Source of the DNA: Lama guanicoe
Lineage: Eukaryota
Direction: 5' to 3'
DNA length: 64,000 nucleotides
Assembly: GCA_013239625.1 (NCBI GenBank)
Contig: MU054026.1
Coordinates: forward strand, 1,054,001-1,118,000
Under the pieces are notes generated by a model, which saw only the letters and a program-made list of their open reading frames with translations, ran no database searches and was not told the DNA's origin. Made by a program: the position numbers and the translations under genes. Below, one piece after another: positions 1 to 11,548 of this stretch (position 1 is the stretch's first letter; each line of letters begins with the position of its first letter).

Positions 1-1124
1 ACTATTAATCAGTCGTTATGGTCCATGTTCTAATTGTAATGACCTATTTCACACAATGAGTCACTCTTACAGGAACTAACCATCTCATGATGGGAGATAA
101 TTATTCAGCTCACGTTTGTAAAACACTTGTAAGACTGTCTTCTGTAACTGTTCCAGCCAAAATTATCACTTAACCTCTTATAATGCTATTACATTCCTAC
201 TGTTATTGCATATATTATAATGCTATTAAATTATTGATAAGCAATAACACATTTTAGCAGCTATATTCCTCTAATATTTGTCTGAACTGATATTCCATGT
301 GGAAAGCTATATTTGAACAACATTTTAAACTCTTTGTAGAGGTCATAGATATATGATGTGATGATAGATAGATAACGTATGTTTCAACAATGACTTGCTG
401 ATTAATAAATTAGACACATTTTGCGTTTCAAGATGCCAAGATAGAACAGGATCAGCGCATCACCTCATTTATTCCAAATAAAATAACACCAGGTGTTATT
501 TATGCCTTTAGATCTGAGTGTCATGGATATGTATGACCCGGAGGAAACTTATAAACAGAAATATAATAAAGCACATAAAGTCTCCAAATCCATTGTTCGA
601 CAGCCTAGGACAGCTAGGTGTAAACGTTCTCTTAGCATCAAGGTCAAAGCTGTGCAGCAGGGCAGGAAGGGCTTGACTCAGCCGGCAGGAAGAAGAGCTT
701 GCAAGTGAAAACACTGCAGACAGACAGTAAGCTACATCACTTCATATGTTTTTTAAAAAAAAGATAGGTATAGATATATCTATATACATAAATCAGCCTA
801 AAACCGAAGCAACTCTGAATTGAGAGCAATTTCAAACGATCTGTGGGCCCAGGAGCCATGGTAGGGAGTATATGCTAGGGCCCTGGGAACAATCCTCTTC
901 TTTCAGAAATATGGGTATTAGCCAATGGCCTTGCTCCACAGACTCAGTCCAGGGAACTAGCTCTTTGCTGTGCTGCCACATGAGGGAAGGAAATGAGCAT
1001 CCAAGGCCATCCCCCTTTGGTTTTCATTACAGTGCTATAAAAAATGACCCCTACGTAGCTGACTTTTTGATATTAAGTTTAAAAAAAAATCTAGGATTGG
1101 ATAGATTTTTTTCTTTCAATGTAA

Positions 1125-1479
1125 CATTTTAAATTGCTTTAGTAGCAGATAACTTGGCTCTCAAAATGGTTTAAGACACTAAAGGGAATTGCTTGACTCA
1201 TACAGCTTAAAATACAGAGACAGGACTGGGTTCAGGTGTTCCAATGTCACCAAGACCCCAATTTCTCTCCTCCTTTTTCTTGGTCCATTCCGTTGGCCTT
1301 ATGTTCAAGGTCTACGTTGTGGTTATATACAAATTCAGATGCCCTCCACACCCATGATCACAAAATAATTGCCAGAGGAAGACAGCTTCTCTCCACAACA
1401 GTCGAACAGCAGTCTTAATCCTAGAACTCAGTGATTGGATTTGAATCTTGTGTCCAATCCTAAATCAGTCACGGTCCTC
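1125..1479 (-). mobile_element. MaLR LTR (MLT1K-like), left part, split by a hAT insertion
   Basis: Degenerate similarity to remembered MLT1J/K consensus (aatggtttaa...gggaattgcttgactcatacagc...tgattggatttgaatcttgtgtccaatcctaaatcagtcac); continues at ~3623. Confidence 0.55.
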
Positions 1480-1669
1480 CAGAGGAGCCCAGACTTTCTC
1501 TGTTCACGTCACCCTCAGGTCTCAGCAGTTTTTTCATGGTTCCCGAGGCCAAATGAAGTACAAACACTTCTCTTTTTTAAGTAATCGGGTCCAGACTACT
1601 CAATAAGTATTTACATGTTAACAGCACAGTAGCTGTTAGAAAATGCAATGCACATAAGTTTAAAACTAC

Positions 1670-1675
<6 letters not shown>

Positions 1676-1711
<36 letters not shown>
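1676..1711. repeat. (TA)18 microsatellite forming an L1 tail
   Basis: Perfect dinucleotide run directly abutting the L1 3' end. Confidence 0.97.
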
Positions 1712-1714
<3 letters not shown>

Positions 1715-2045
1715 GTACAGTCAGTTTACAATGTGGCATCAGTTTCTGGTGCACAGCACAACGATTCAGTTATACATGAACATACATATATTCATTTTTA
1801 TATTCTTTTTCACCATAAGTTACTACAAGATATTGAATATAGTTCCCTGTGCTATACAGTATGAACTTGTTGTTTATTTTGTATATATTAGTTAGTATCT
1901 GTAAATCTTGAACTCCCAATTTACCCTGTCCCACCCTCTTCCCCCTTGGTAGCCATCAGTTTATTTTCTATGTCTGTGAATCTGTTTCTGTTTTGTAAAT
2001 AAGTTTATTTGTCTTTTTTTTTAAGATTCTACATATAAATGATAT
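1712..2045 (-). mobile_element. Young L1 3'UTR (non-inverted part of a 5'-inverted L1)
   Basis: Reverse complement matches the L1 3'UTRs at 25060-25395 and 34430-34770. Confidence 0.93.
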
Positions 2046-3309
2046 TACTCCTAAAATTTATATGGAATCACAAAAGACCCAAAATTGCCAAAGAAATACT
2101 GAAGAAAAATAATGAAGATGGATGAGTAACCCTCCCAGACTTCAGACAATACTACAAAGCTACAGTCATCAAAACAGCATGGTATTGGTACAAAAACAGA
2201 CATATAGATCAATGGAATAGAATAGAGAGCCCAGAAATAAACCCACTTAACTTTTAGTCAATTAATCTTTGATGAAGGAGGCAAGAACATACAACAGAGT
2301 AAAGACAGTCTCTTCAGCAAATGGTGTTGGGGAAACTGGACAGCAGCATGTAAATCAATGAAGTTAGAATATTCCCTCACACCATACACAAAAATAAATT
2401 CAAAATGGCTTAAAGACTTAAACATAAGACAAGAAATGATAAACCTCCTAGAAGAAAATATAGGCAAAACATTATCTGACATACCTCTCAAAAATGTTCT
2501 CCTAGAACAGTCCACCCAAGCAATAGAAATAAAAGCAAGAATAAACAAATGGGACCTAATGAAACTTACAAGCTTCTGCAGAGCAAAGGAGACCAGAAGT
2601 AAAACAAGAAGACAACCTACGGAATGGGAGAAAATTTTTACCAATGAAACCGACAAAGGCTTGATCTCCAGAATATATAAGCAGCTCATACGACTCAGTA
2701 AGCAAAAAATAAACAACCCAATCCAAAAATGGGCAGAAGACCTAAACAAGCAATTCTCCAAGGAAGACATACAAATGATCAAAAGGCACATGAAAAAATG
2801 TTCAATATCACTAATTATCAGAGAAATGCAAATCAAAACTACAATGAGGTATCACCTCACACCAGTCAGAATGGCCATCATTCAAAAATCCACAAATGAC
2901 AAATGCTGGAGAGGCTGTGGAGAAAGGGGAACCCTCCTACACTGCTGGTGAGAATGCAGTTTGGTGCAGCAACTACAGAAAACAGTGTGGAGGTTCCTCA
3001 AAAGACTAGGAATAGACTTACCATATGACCCAGGAATCCCACTCCTGGGCTTGTATCCAGAAGGAACCCTACTTCAGGATGACACCTGCACCCCAATGTT
3101 CATAGCAGCACTATTTACAATAGCCAAAACATGGAGACAGCCTAAATGTCCATCATCAGATGACTGGATAAAGAAGTGGTATATTTATACAGTGGAATAC
3201 TATTTAGCCATAAAAAAGATTAAAGTAATGCCATTTGCAGCAACAGGGATGGACCAGGAGATTGTCATTATAAGTGAAATAAGCCAGATAGAGAAAGAAA
3301 AATACCATA
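2046..3309 (+). mobile_element. Young L1 ORF2 3' part (inverted segment of the same insertion)
   Basis: Encodes the L1 ORF2p C-terminus ([16 protein letters not shown]...[15 protein letters not shown]). Confidence 0.95.
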
Positions 3310-3329
3310 AAATACTTCTTTTTTTTTAA
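2358..3329 (+). pseudogene. Disrupted L1 ORF2p C-terminal (Cys-rich) coding fragment
   Basis: ORFs 2358-2951 and 2961-3329 are in frame, separated by a TGG>TGA stop right after the CCHC motif; no EN or RT domain present. Confidence 0.9.
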
Positions 3330-3622
3330 ATAACTCTAATTCTAACTGGTAAGTTGCATGAGGCACTGCACATTTTCTCAAATCTTGGAGTCAGATTTCT
3401 AACCCTCCACCTTTATTTCTTGTTTCACATTTATTTTTCACTCAGCACTTGTTATTTTTTACCACAATAACCTTTGGGAAACCAGTTCACAAGTAAGCAA
3501 TGCCACAGAATGGAACATTGTACAATACATTGTTGTTTTTAGTGACCAAAAGAAACTGGCCATCACTTTGTTTCTCTTAAAAAGACTGTGAAATCCCATG
3601 GCCTGCAGTCTGGGAACTATAA

Positions 3623-3770
3623 CTGTCATCAGAATGATGGAATATGATGCTTGGGCTTAGCCAGTCATAACCCAACCCCAACCTCAGGGTGAGGTTGATT
3701 CCACGTGACCAAGAACTGTCTACAGGTGCTTCCCCAAGAAGAGTACTTCAATGTGCTGCTTGATTAAAAA
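3623..3770 (-). mobile_element. MLT1K-like LTR, right part
   Basis: gaatgatggaatatgatgcttgggcttagccagtcataacccaacccc resembles the continuation of the MLT1K consensus. Confidence 0.45.
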
Positions 3771-5715
3771 ATTCAGTGTTCTGGAAGTAAGATGCCCATT
3801 GTATCTAGTTTGTTTTTCCTTATTATTGAAATGTAGCCATTATTTATTCGTTCCTTGTGTTTTATCTACTGAGTGAGACTTCCCAAGGGAAGAAAACTTT
3901 CTATAGTTGAAATAATTACACTTAAAGTCTATACTTTTCATGTATTTAATTTCTTACAATTTATGTTATTACATTCCCCTCTGTGCGTAGAGGTACGTTG
4001 ACCACAAAATAGACCGTGTTCCATAAATGATTATTGACTGTGAATGTGAGAGAAAGTCTCATGAACAAAAACACAAAAAGGCCAACCAGGAACGTTTGCA
4101 TCACCTACATTTATTTTACACAGCTTTATTTTACAGTAATTTTATAGTTCTTAAAGTTTTTCTTTTGTTCTTCTCCAAGATGCTCCTTGATAATTTTTTT
4201 TAAATGATGAGCATATAATGAGAAAAAAAATAACATTTTTCTTCTGCTAAACAGAAAGAATAGTCAAGATGATGAAATCAGATATTGGAAACTCTTTAAA
4301 GCAATTCTTCCTCAAAAATGAAATTAAAAGAAAGTAATGCTGTATTCTTAAAAGTAATTTCTCTTCAGAAAGGAGGAAGCACATTTTCTAGGCTAATAAA
4401 AGAAACTTTTCTGTCCTTGGCAATGGTTTTGAAGCAGGAAGAGTTTATATGGAACAGTGCAAAGATTACTGAATTGGGTATTGGTACAAGCAATGGTGAG
4501 TGATCTGTGGGCCCTGGGAGAACACAATGTCACTTTTTTGCAGATAATCACTGAATTTAACTTGGAGAGCACAGACGTAGATACACAATGGGAAATGAAG
4601 GCTGATTCTCCATTACAACATCATTCCACTGAGAGATGGATGGGAGCAAATTACGAACCAACATGACCCCGCACTTGCCTCTGAATTATTGAGTATGAAA
4701 CTAAAATCTTGGAGAGGCTTAAACAATCTATCAGCTGCTAAGCTTTTGTTAGAAAATTAGCTAGTGATATGTAATGGTCTTTCTTATACATTTTAATTCC
4801 TTTCAGCAGTTTAAATAGAATTTGAGTAATAGCTTCTTAATGTTCACCACAGAAGGTAACTAAATCTTTAATGGACTCCTGCTGCAGCCTTCTTAATATG
4901 GTAATTTAATTGAAGTCTGTGTAAAAGAGATTTTCTTCTTTCCTTCATATTTATATTTGCAAATTTGTTGCAATCCCTATTATAGTCAAACTGTTTTGCA
5001 TAAGCACAACTAATATTTGTATGTGATTGAAATGGGAATCTTTACGATAGGAGACTAATTCTCCTTTGCATTGTTGAAACCCTTGGATTGGAAGAGATCC
5101 AATTCTAAAAGAAAAGGTAATCATTTGCTCAATTTTTATTCAAGTATATGTAGGATCAAGAACCTGTCTTGTGTTTCCCTGGCCTTATTACTTTGAAACC
5201 ACTGTTCAAATTCCTGGTGTCCAAAGCACTTCTCCCTTTTAATGAGATTCTGGTTACAGAACAACTGAAAAAAATAAAACTTCCTTTACTAGAGAATTGG
5301 AATGTTTTTAGGCATCAAAAAGTTAAGCTATAGTTCTGATGATTTTACACACCAGTTCAAAATCAGGAGGAGAGAGGTGAAGCCCAGAGAGGCCAGTTTG
5401 CAAGGAGAATAGAGAATGTTCACTCCAAACTGTCTGGTGCCCTGAGAATCACGCCACATTGCGGGGCTTCTATTCCTCTGAAGTTGAACTGATCACATCC
5501 ATGCAGCATTAGCACATCGTTTAAGAGTTCACCTACAATAAGGGCCTAAGAGGTAGAACATTTTAGAACCAGAACAGTCAACTTGTCACTGCACCTGACA
5601 CCATGAAGTCCATCACCTAAAATGTATCAATTTTGCATAGTGTTGTTTTATGTCTCAGTTCTCCCTATCCCACCACCTGCCATCTCTTTTCTGCAACACT
5701 TACCATTCATTATTT

Positions 5716-7633
5716 TTTTAATATTTTTTTATTGAGTTATACTCAGTTTACAATGTTGTGTCAAATTCAGTGTAGAGTGCAATTTTTCAGTAATACATGA
5801 ACATGTACATATTCATTGTCACATTTTTTTCTCTGTGAGCTACCATAGATCTTGTATATATTTCCCTGTGCTATACAGTATAATCTTGTTTATCTATTCT
5901 ACATTTTGAAATCCCAGTCTGTCCCTTCCCACCCTCTCCCCCCCTGGGCAACCACAAGTTTGTATTCTATTTCTATGAATTTCTGTTTCATATTTATGGT
6001 TTTTCTTGTTTCTTTGTTTTAGATTCCACATATGAGCGATCTCGTGTGGTATTTTTCTTCCTCTTTCTGCCTTACTTCACTTAAAATGACATTCTCCAGG
6101 AATATCCATGTTGCTGCAAATGGTGTTATGTTGTTAGTTTTTATGGCTGAGTAGTATTCCATTGTATAAATATACCACTTCTTCTTTATCCAGTCATCTG
6201 TTGATGGACATTTAGGTTGTTTCCATGTCTTGGCTATTGTAAATAGTGCTGCTATGAACATTGGGGTGCAGGTTACATTTTGAAGTAGGGTTCCTTCTGG
6301 ATATATGACCAGGAGCATATTCCTGGGTCATATAGTAAGTCTATTCCTAGTCTTGTGAGGAATTTCCATACTGTTTTCCACAGTGGCTGCACCAAACTGC
6401 ATTCCCACCAGCAGCGTAGGAGGGTTCCCCTTTCTCCACAGCCTCTCCAGCATTTGTCATTTGTGGATTTTTGAATAATGGCCATTCTGACTGGTGTGAG
6501 GTAATACCTCATTGTAGTTTTGATTTGCATTTCCCTGCTAATTAGTGATACTGAACATTTTTTCATGTGCCTATTGATCATTTGTATGTCTTCCTTGGAG
6601 AATTGCTTGTTTAGGTCTTCTGCCCATTTTGGGGTTGGGTCACTTGTTTTTTTCTTATTAAGTTGTGTCAGCTTTTTATATTCTGGAAATTAAGCCCTGG
6701 TCAGCCTCATCTTTGGCAAAAATTTTCTCCCATTCCATAGGTTGTCTTTTTGTTTTGCTTATGGTTTCCTTTGCTGTGCAGAAGCCTGTCTTTATTCCAT
6801 TGTATATTCTTGCCTCCTTTGTTGAAGATTAATTGACCAAAAGTTTGTGGGTTCATTTCTGGGCTCTCTATTCTGTTCCATTGGTCTATATGTCTGTTTT
6901 TGTACCAATACCATGCTGTCTTGATGACTGTAGCTCTATAGTATTGTCTGAAGTCTGGGATAGTTATTCTTCCAGCCTCTTTCTTTCTCTTCAGTAATGC
7001 TTTGGCAATTCTAGGTCTTTGATGGTTCCATATAAATTTTATTATGATTTGTTCTAGTTCTGTGAAATATGTCCTGAGTAATTTGATAGGGATTGCATTA
7101 AATCTGTAGATTGCCTTGGGCAGTGTGATGATTTTAACAATAATGATTCGTCCAATCCAGGAGCATGGGATATCTGTCCATTTTTTAAGTCTTCTTTAAT
7201 TTCCTTCATCAATGGTTTATAGTTTTCTGTGTAAAATTCTTTCACATCCTTGGTTAGATTTATTCCTAGGTATTTTATTACTTTAGGTGCCATTTTAAAG
7301 GAGATTGCTTCTTTACTTTATTTTTCTGTTGATTCATCGTTAGTGTAAAGAAATGCAACTGATTTTTGAATGTTAATCTTGTAACCTACTACCTTGCTGA
7401 ATTCTTCGATCAGCTCTAGTAGTTTTTGTGTGGATCTTTTAGGGTTTTCTATATACAGTAACATGTCGTCGGCATATAGTGACACTTTTACCTCTTCTTT
7501 TCCAATTTGTATCCCTTTTATTTCTCTTTTGCCTTATTGCCGTGGCTAGGACTTCCAAGACTATGTTGAGTAGGAGTGGTGACAGTGGGCATCCTTGTCT
7601 TGTCCCAGATTTTAGCGGGAAGCTTTTGAGTTT
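5716..7633 (-). mobile_element. Young L1, 3'UTR plus ORF2 (non-inverted part) with an internal deletion
   Basis: Poly-T at left; minus-strand ORF2 peptides ([48 protein letters not shown]). Confidence 0.95.
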
Positions 7634-8259
7634 CTTGAAACATACAGCCCACCAAGACTGAATCAAGAAGAAACTGACCACTTGAACAAACCTATAAGTA
7701 GAAGTGAAATTGAATTAGCACTAAAAAATCTCCCTACAAATAAAAGTCCAGGACCAGACGGCTTCACCATGGAATTCTATCAGACAAAGAAGAACTCATA
7801 CCAGTCCTTCTCAAACTCTTTCAGAAGATTGAAAAGGAGGGAACACTCCCAAATTCATTCTATGAAGCCACCATCACCCTGATACCAAAACTATGCAAAG
7901 ACACTACCAAAAAAGAGAATTATAGGCCAATATCACTGATGAACATAATGCAAAAATCCTCACCAAAGTATTAGCAAATAGAATACAACAGCACATAAAA
8001 AAGATTATACCTCATGACCAAGTGGGGTTCATCCCAGGGACACAAGGGTGGTTCAACATATGCAAATCAATCAATGTAATACATCACATCAACAAGGGAA
8101 AGGACAAAAACCACATGATCATCTCAATAGATACAGAAAAATCATTTGATAAAATTCAACACCATTTATGATAAAAACTGTCACCAAAGTGGGTATAGAG
8201 GGAACATATCTCAACATCATAAAAGCTATATATGACAAACCTACAGCCAGCATAGTACT
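7631..8259 (+). mobile_element. L1 ORF2 segment (Z domain/start of RT), inverted 5' part of the same insertion
   Basis: Peptide [19 protein letters not shown]; ends ~10 nt before the L1 position where the minus-strand part starts. Confidence 0.93.
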
Positions 8260-9164
8260 TTCCACTCATTGTTTCTCATTCTTCTCCTACTTTCTTTTCT
8301 TCTTTCTGTAACTTTAGTGTGGTATTCTTGTCCTTTAAAGCAAGTAACAAAGGATACAACTTCATGTTTCATTTTGTTTTAAGTTTTAGCTCTTTGTAAA
8401 AAGAGAGAGAGAGGAAGAAAAAGAAAGAAAGGGGAAAATATACTTATTTCAAAAATTTGACGTGAGGCTTAAAGGAAAGAGTATTACATAGAAAGAAAGA
8501 GTGTAGACTTTACATAGTACAACGTGCTAATAAAAGGTATCGTCACCAAAATTTTTATTTCTTCATGAATAACGTACTTTTGAACGTGTGGGAACACAGA
8601 GATGCTTGGTGTCATGCAGGCAAAATCTTTAGTCAAGGCCATTTCTGCTTTCCCTTTTCAATATGTTGACTTCATGTAACTGCACTGTTGTTTAAACATA
8701 TACTTTAGGAGATTTGTAAAAACTGCATTTAGAAATCAGGATGATTTACTTTACAGATAGCTTAAGGAAAATGAGGGGAGGGGATAGGGCTCCATCACTT
8801 ATGCTGTCCATTTTAGCCTTGTTTATCCATCTACAACGAAATATTCTCTTCCTGTTATTTTTCTGTCCTTCCTCATGGTGAAAAGAGTGATCGCACCAAT
8901 TTAATTATAGCAGAGTTCTAGGAATACATACATTGTTTAACTCAAGTATTTGCACTTAAAAAGAGCACAGGGAGAAGAAAGAATGTTTATACCAACGGTT
9001 TAATCTTGTATGATGTTGTCACCTGCATGGAGTTTGGGAAGAAGACAGCTTGGCAGTGGGTTCTCTTAAAATGACAATATCGCCTAAAACATCAACAGAT
9101 GATGAAGTTTCAAATCACAAACACCCACAAAGAAGTCAATTCAATCAGTCACTGAACTATATTA

Positions 9165-9347
9165 GAGTCAAAAAGTTTAGAATTTGGAAAGATCTTCCCA
9201 GACCATTTACTAGTTCAGTGTTTTGACTTGTAGTATAAAAATTAGGTCTCAGAAAAGTGAGGGGGCCAATACATCTTTCATTAGGATAGCCAAGATTATA
9301 TGGCTCAGGTCTTCCGACACCCAGTTCAAATTATTTCCATACCATAT
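9165..9347 (-). mobile_element. MIR3-like SINE
   Basis: Degenerate core (agaatttggaaagatctt...gtctcagaaaagtga...caggtcttccgacacccagttca). Confidence 0.55.
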
Positions 9348-10018
9348 TCAAATATTCATAATGTGGTTTGAAATTAAGCATTAGTTGAACTGTATATGAA
9401 CATTTTTTTCAAGAAAATATACTGATTTGCTGAGAAAGATTATTCATATGAGTTACTGCTTTAAGAAAGTAGAGAGAAAGGAGTGTCTAGGATGAGACAG
9501 AAAAGGAATGAGGTCTTAAATTAACTTTGTTTTCAATTTCATGCCTTTTTGCTCGCCTTAGTCTGCACTACTTGTGAGAAAAGTAATCACAAACAGGAGA
9601 GGGGAAAAAAACTAAAAAGCCTTGAATTGTGTAAAGTTAGCAAATAACACTGAAAAACACATTCCCAAATAATTCTGAGAAATATATTTTTCTTGTTCAT
9701 TTATTTAGAGATCGATACTTATTTTAGTGAATTTTTTTCTTATAAGTAGCAGCTGCCTTTCTGGGAAGTGCATTATTAGGTGACAGTATTATGCTTTTAT
9801 GGTTGTTTTAATGGATCCATTTAAGTCTTTGTTCTTACACAATTTAATGTTTTGTGGAAATTAACTGCCGTCACATACATGAAAATGTTTTAAGATCAAT
9901 TAGTAGGAAATTCAGAGACCTAGATTTTTTAAGATCCTGCCAGCCCTTGCAAGAGCAATGGAAAGTGTGCACCTCACAGTTTTAAAGTTTATTGTAACTG
10001 GATGGACTATTCCCTATG

Positions 10019-10020
<2 letters not shown>

Positions 10021-10051
<31 letters not shown>
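10021..10051. repeat. Pure A31 homopolymer
   Basis: Directly visible. Confidence 0.97.
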
Positions 10052-10052
<1 letters not shown>

Positions 10053-10312
10053 CATGGACCATTAGCCATGGAGGAAATTTATCCTGGGTGTAAATGCCTT
10101 TTTCTTTCACAGATTGTCTTAGGAGGTCCATTTTTTCCAGAGCACCCAGGGAATAAAGGATAATTCTGCCTTTCTTTCACCTTCAACTGCCCATGTGAGA
10201 TATCATTTTTAGTTTCACTTTGATGAAAGAGATAGACAGTTTTGAAGCAAGAAGAAAACTACCAAGTTACGAAGAGGCTGAAGACAGTTCAGATATATAT
10301 GATTAGCATGCA

Positions 10313-10506
10313 CAGTTGAATTTTGAACAACACAGATTTGTACTGAACAGATCCACTTGTACATGGATTTCTTTCAACAGGAAATACTACCCAGCACTAC
10401 AGGGTCAGAGGTTGGTTGAATCTGAGCATGTAGAGGGAACTGTTATTCAGAGGACCAACTATAAGTTATACTCGGATGTATCCCTGCCTTGTTCAAGGGT
10501 CAATTG
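10313..10506 (+). mobile_element. Tigger2a-like TcMar MITE
   Basis: TIRs cagttgaattttgaacaa / ttgttcaagggtcaattg followed by TA; internal sequence resembles the Tigger2 5' end. Confidence 0.8.
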
Positions 10507-10859
10507 TATATAAATAAACTCATAAAGGTAATGTGATTTGCTTAATATTCAGTTCTGTTTTATTTAATATTCTATTCCTATAACTTTGACCTGAGAAAGA
10601 GCTTTTTTTTAAAGGTGACTTTGAAATTGCAAATTTTACTTTTATTTGTGTGGCTCCGTCTACAAGGGTAACTTTATTTTGCTTATTTCCATTGTTAACT
10701 TTCCATCAGTGAGTATTTCTTAAGGATTTGTCATGCTGCTATGTGCCAGACTCTGATTTGGATGACCTTAGCCATCCATTAGTGAACACTTAGGCAAAGT
10801 CTCTGAACTTGGGTTTATGCAAACACACACACACACACTCCTTCCATATCACCATAAGG

Positions 10860-11548
10860 TATGTTTAAATTGTAACTTCTTAATTTTTAAACCCCACAGA
10901 TGGCGAGGATTTAGCTTTCTGTACCTCTCTCTCCCAACTCCTCTTTCCTGTTTACTTATTTCCAACCCCCCATACCGATATATCATATTTTGATTAGAGT
11001 ATTAAATGCTATTCTAAGTGAACCTTTTGGTTTCTCCACAAATGTTTATTTGCCCTGGAGTTAATTATTGTGATCTTTGTTTTTGTTTCTGTGTACTTAT
11101 CACTAATTCAATATTAAAATCTCATCCAATTGTCCTCATTTTTCTCCCAGTATATTCCAGTACATCAGGTATTCTACAAAAATAGAGGAAATCTTCCTTA
11201 AGAAGCCTCTACTAGAAACTTCTGACCTGTTCTCATCTGAAGGGCTTCTTTCCAAACCTGGTGTAAAGCTGTCATCCTGGGAGCCTTTCATTAACTTCTG
11301 GGGATGTCCCTCACTATTCTTTTGAGTCAAATATCCCCTCTCCTGAATAATATGTTTTCCTCTACATCATTTTACTCTTTCATTGTGATGGAGTATATCT
11401 TCCCAGAGTTTCTTTTAAAAAAGCATATGAAGGAAATGTACTTGTGCTCCCGAAATTCGAAATATTATTCTTAACTAATAGTTGAGCTGGATATGGACTT
11501 AACTGGAATTCACACTAAGAATTTTTAAGGCATTGCTTAATTATTTTT
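10860..11548 (-). mobile_element. HAL1-like ancient L1 derivative, part 1
   Basis: tagttgagctggatatggac...aagaatttttaaggcattgct resembles antisense HAL1/L1ME ORF1; boundaries approximate. Confidence 0.55.

Larger units (their letters stand above)
1480..3622. mobile_element. Non-autonomous hAT-Charlie DNA transposon (MER119-like), in two pieces (1480-1675 and 3322-3622) around an L1
   Basis: TIR-like ends cagaggagcccagacttt and cagtctgggaactataa; degenerate 8-bp TSD cggtcctc (1472-1479) / ctgtcatc (3623-3630); body resembles remembered MER119. Confidence 0.6.

Noticed and set aside
493..708. 71-aa ORF with an acceptor-like tttag at 511
   Set aside because: Peptide not recognised, GTG start, no supporting neighbouring exons.
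769..784. 16-bp perfect palindrome tatagatatatctata
   Set aside because: Low-complexity TA-rich sequence; expected by slippage.
2258..2836. 192-aa hydrophobic ORF on the minus strand
   Set aside because: Antisense of L1 ORF2, a well-known artefactual ORF.
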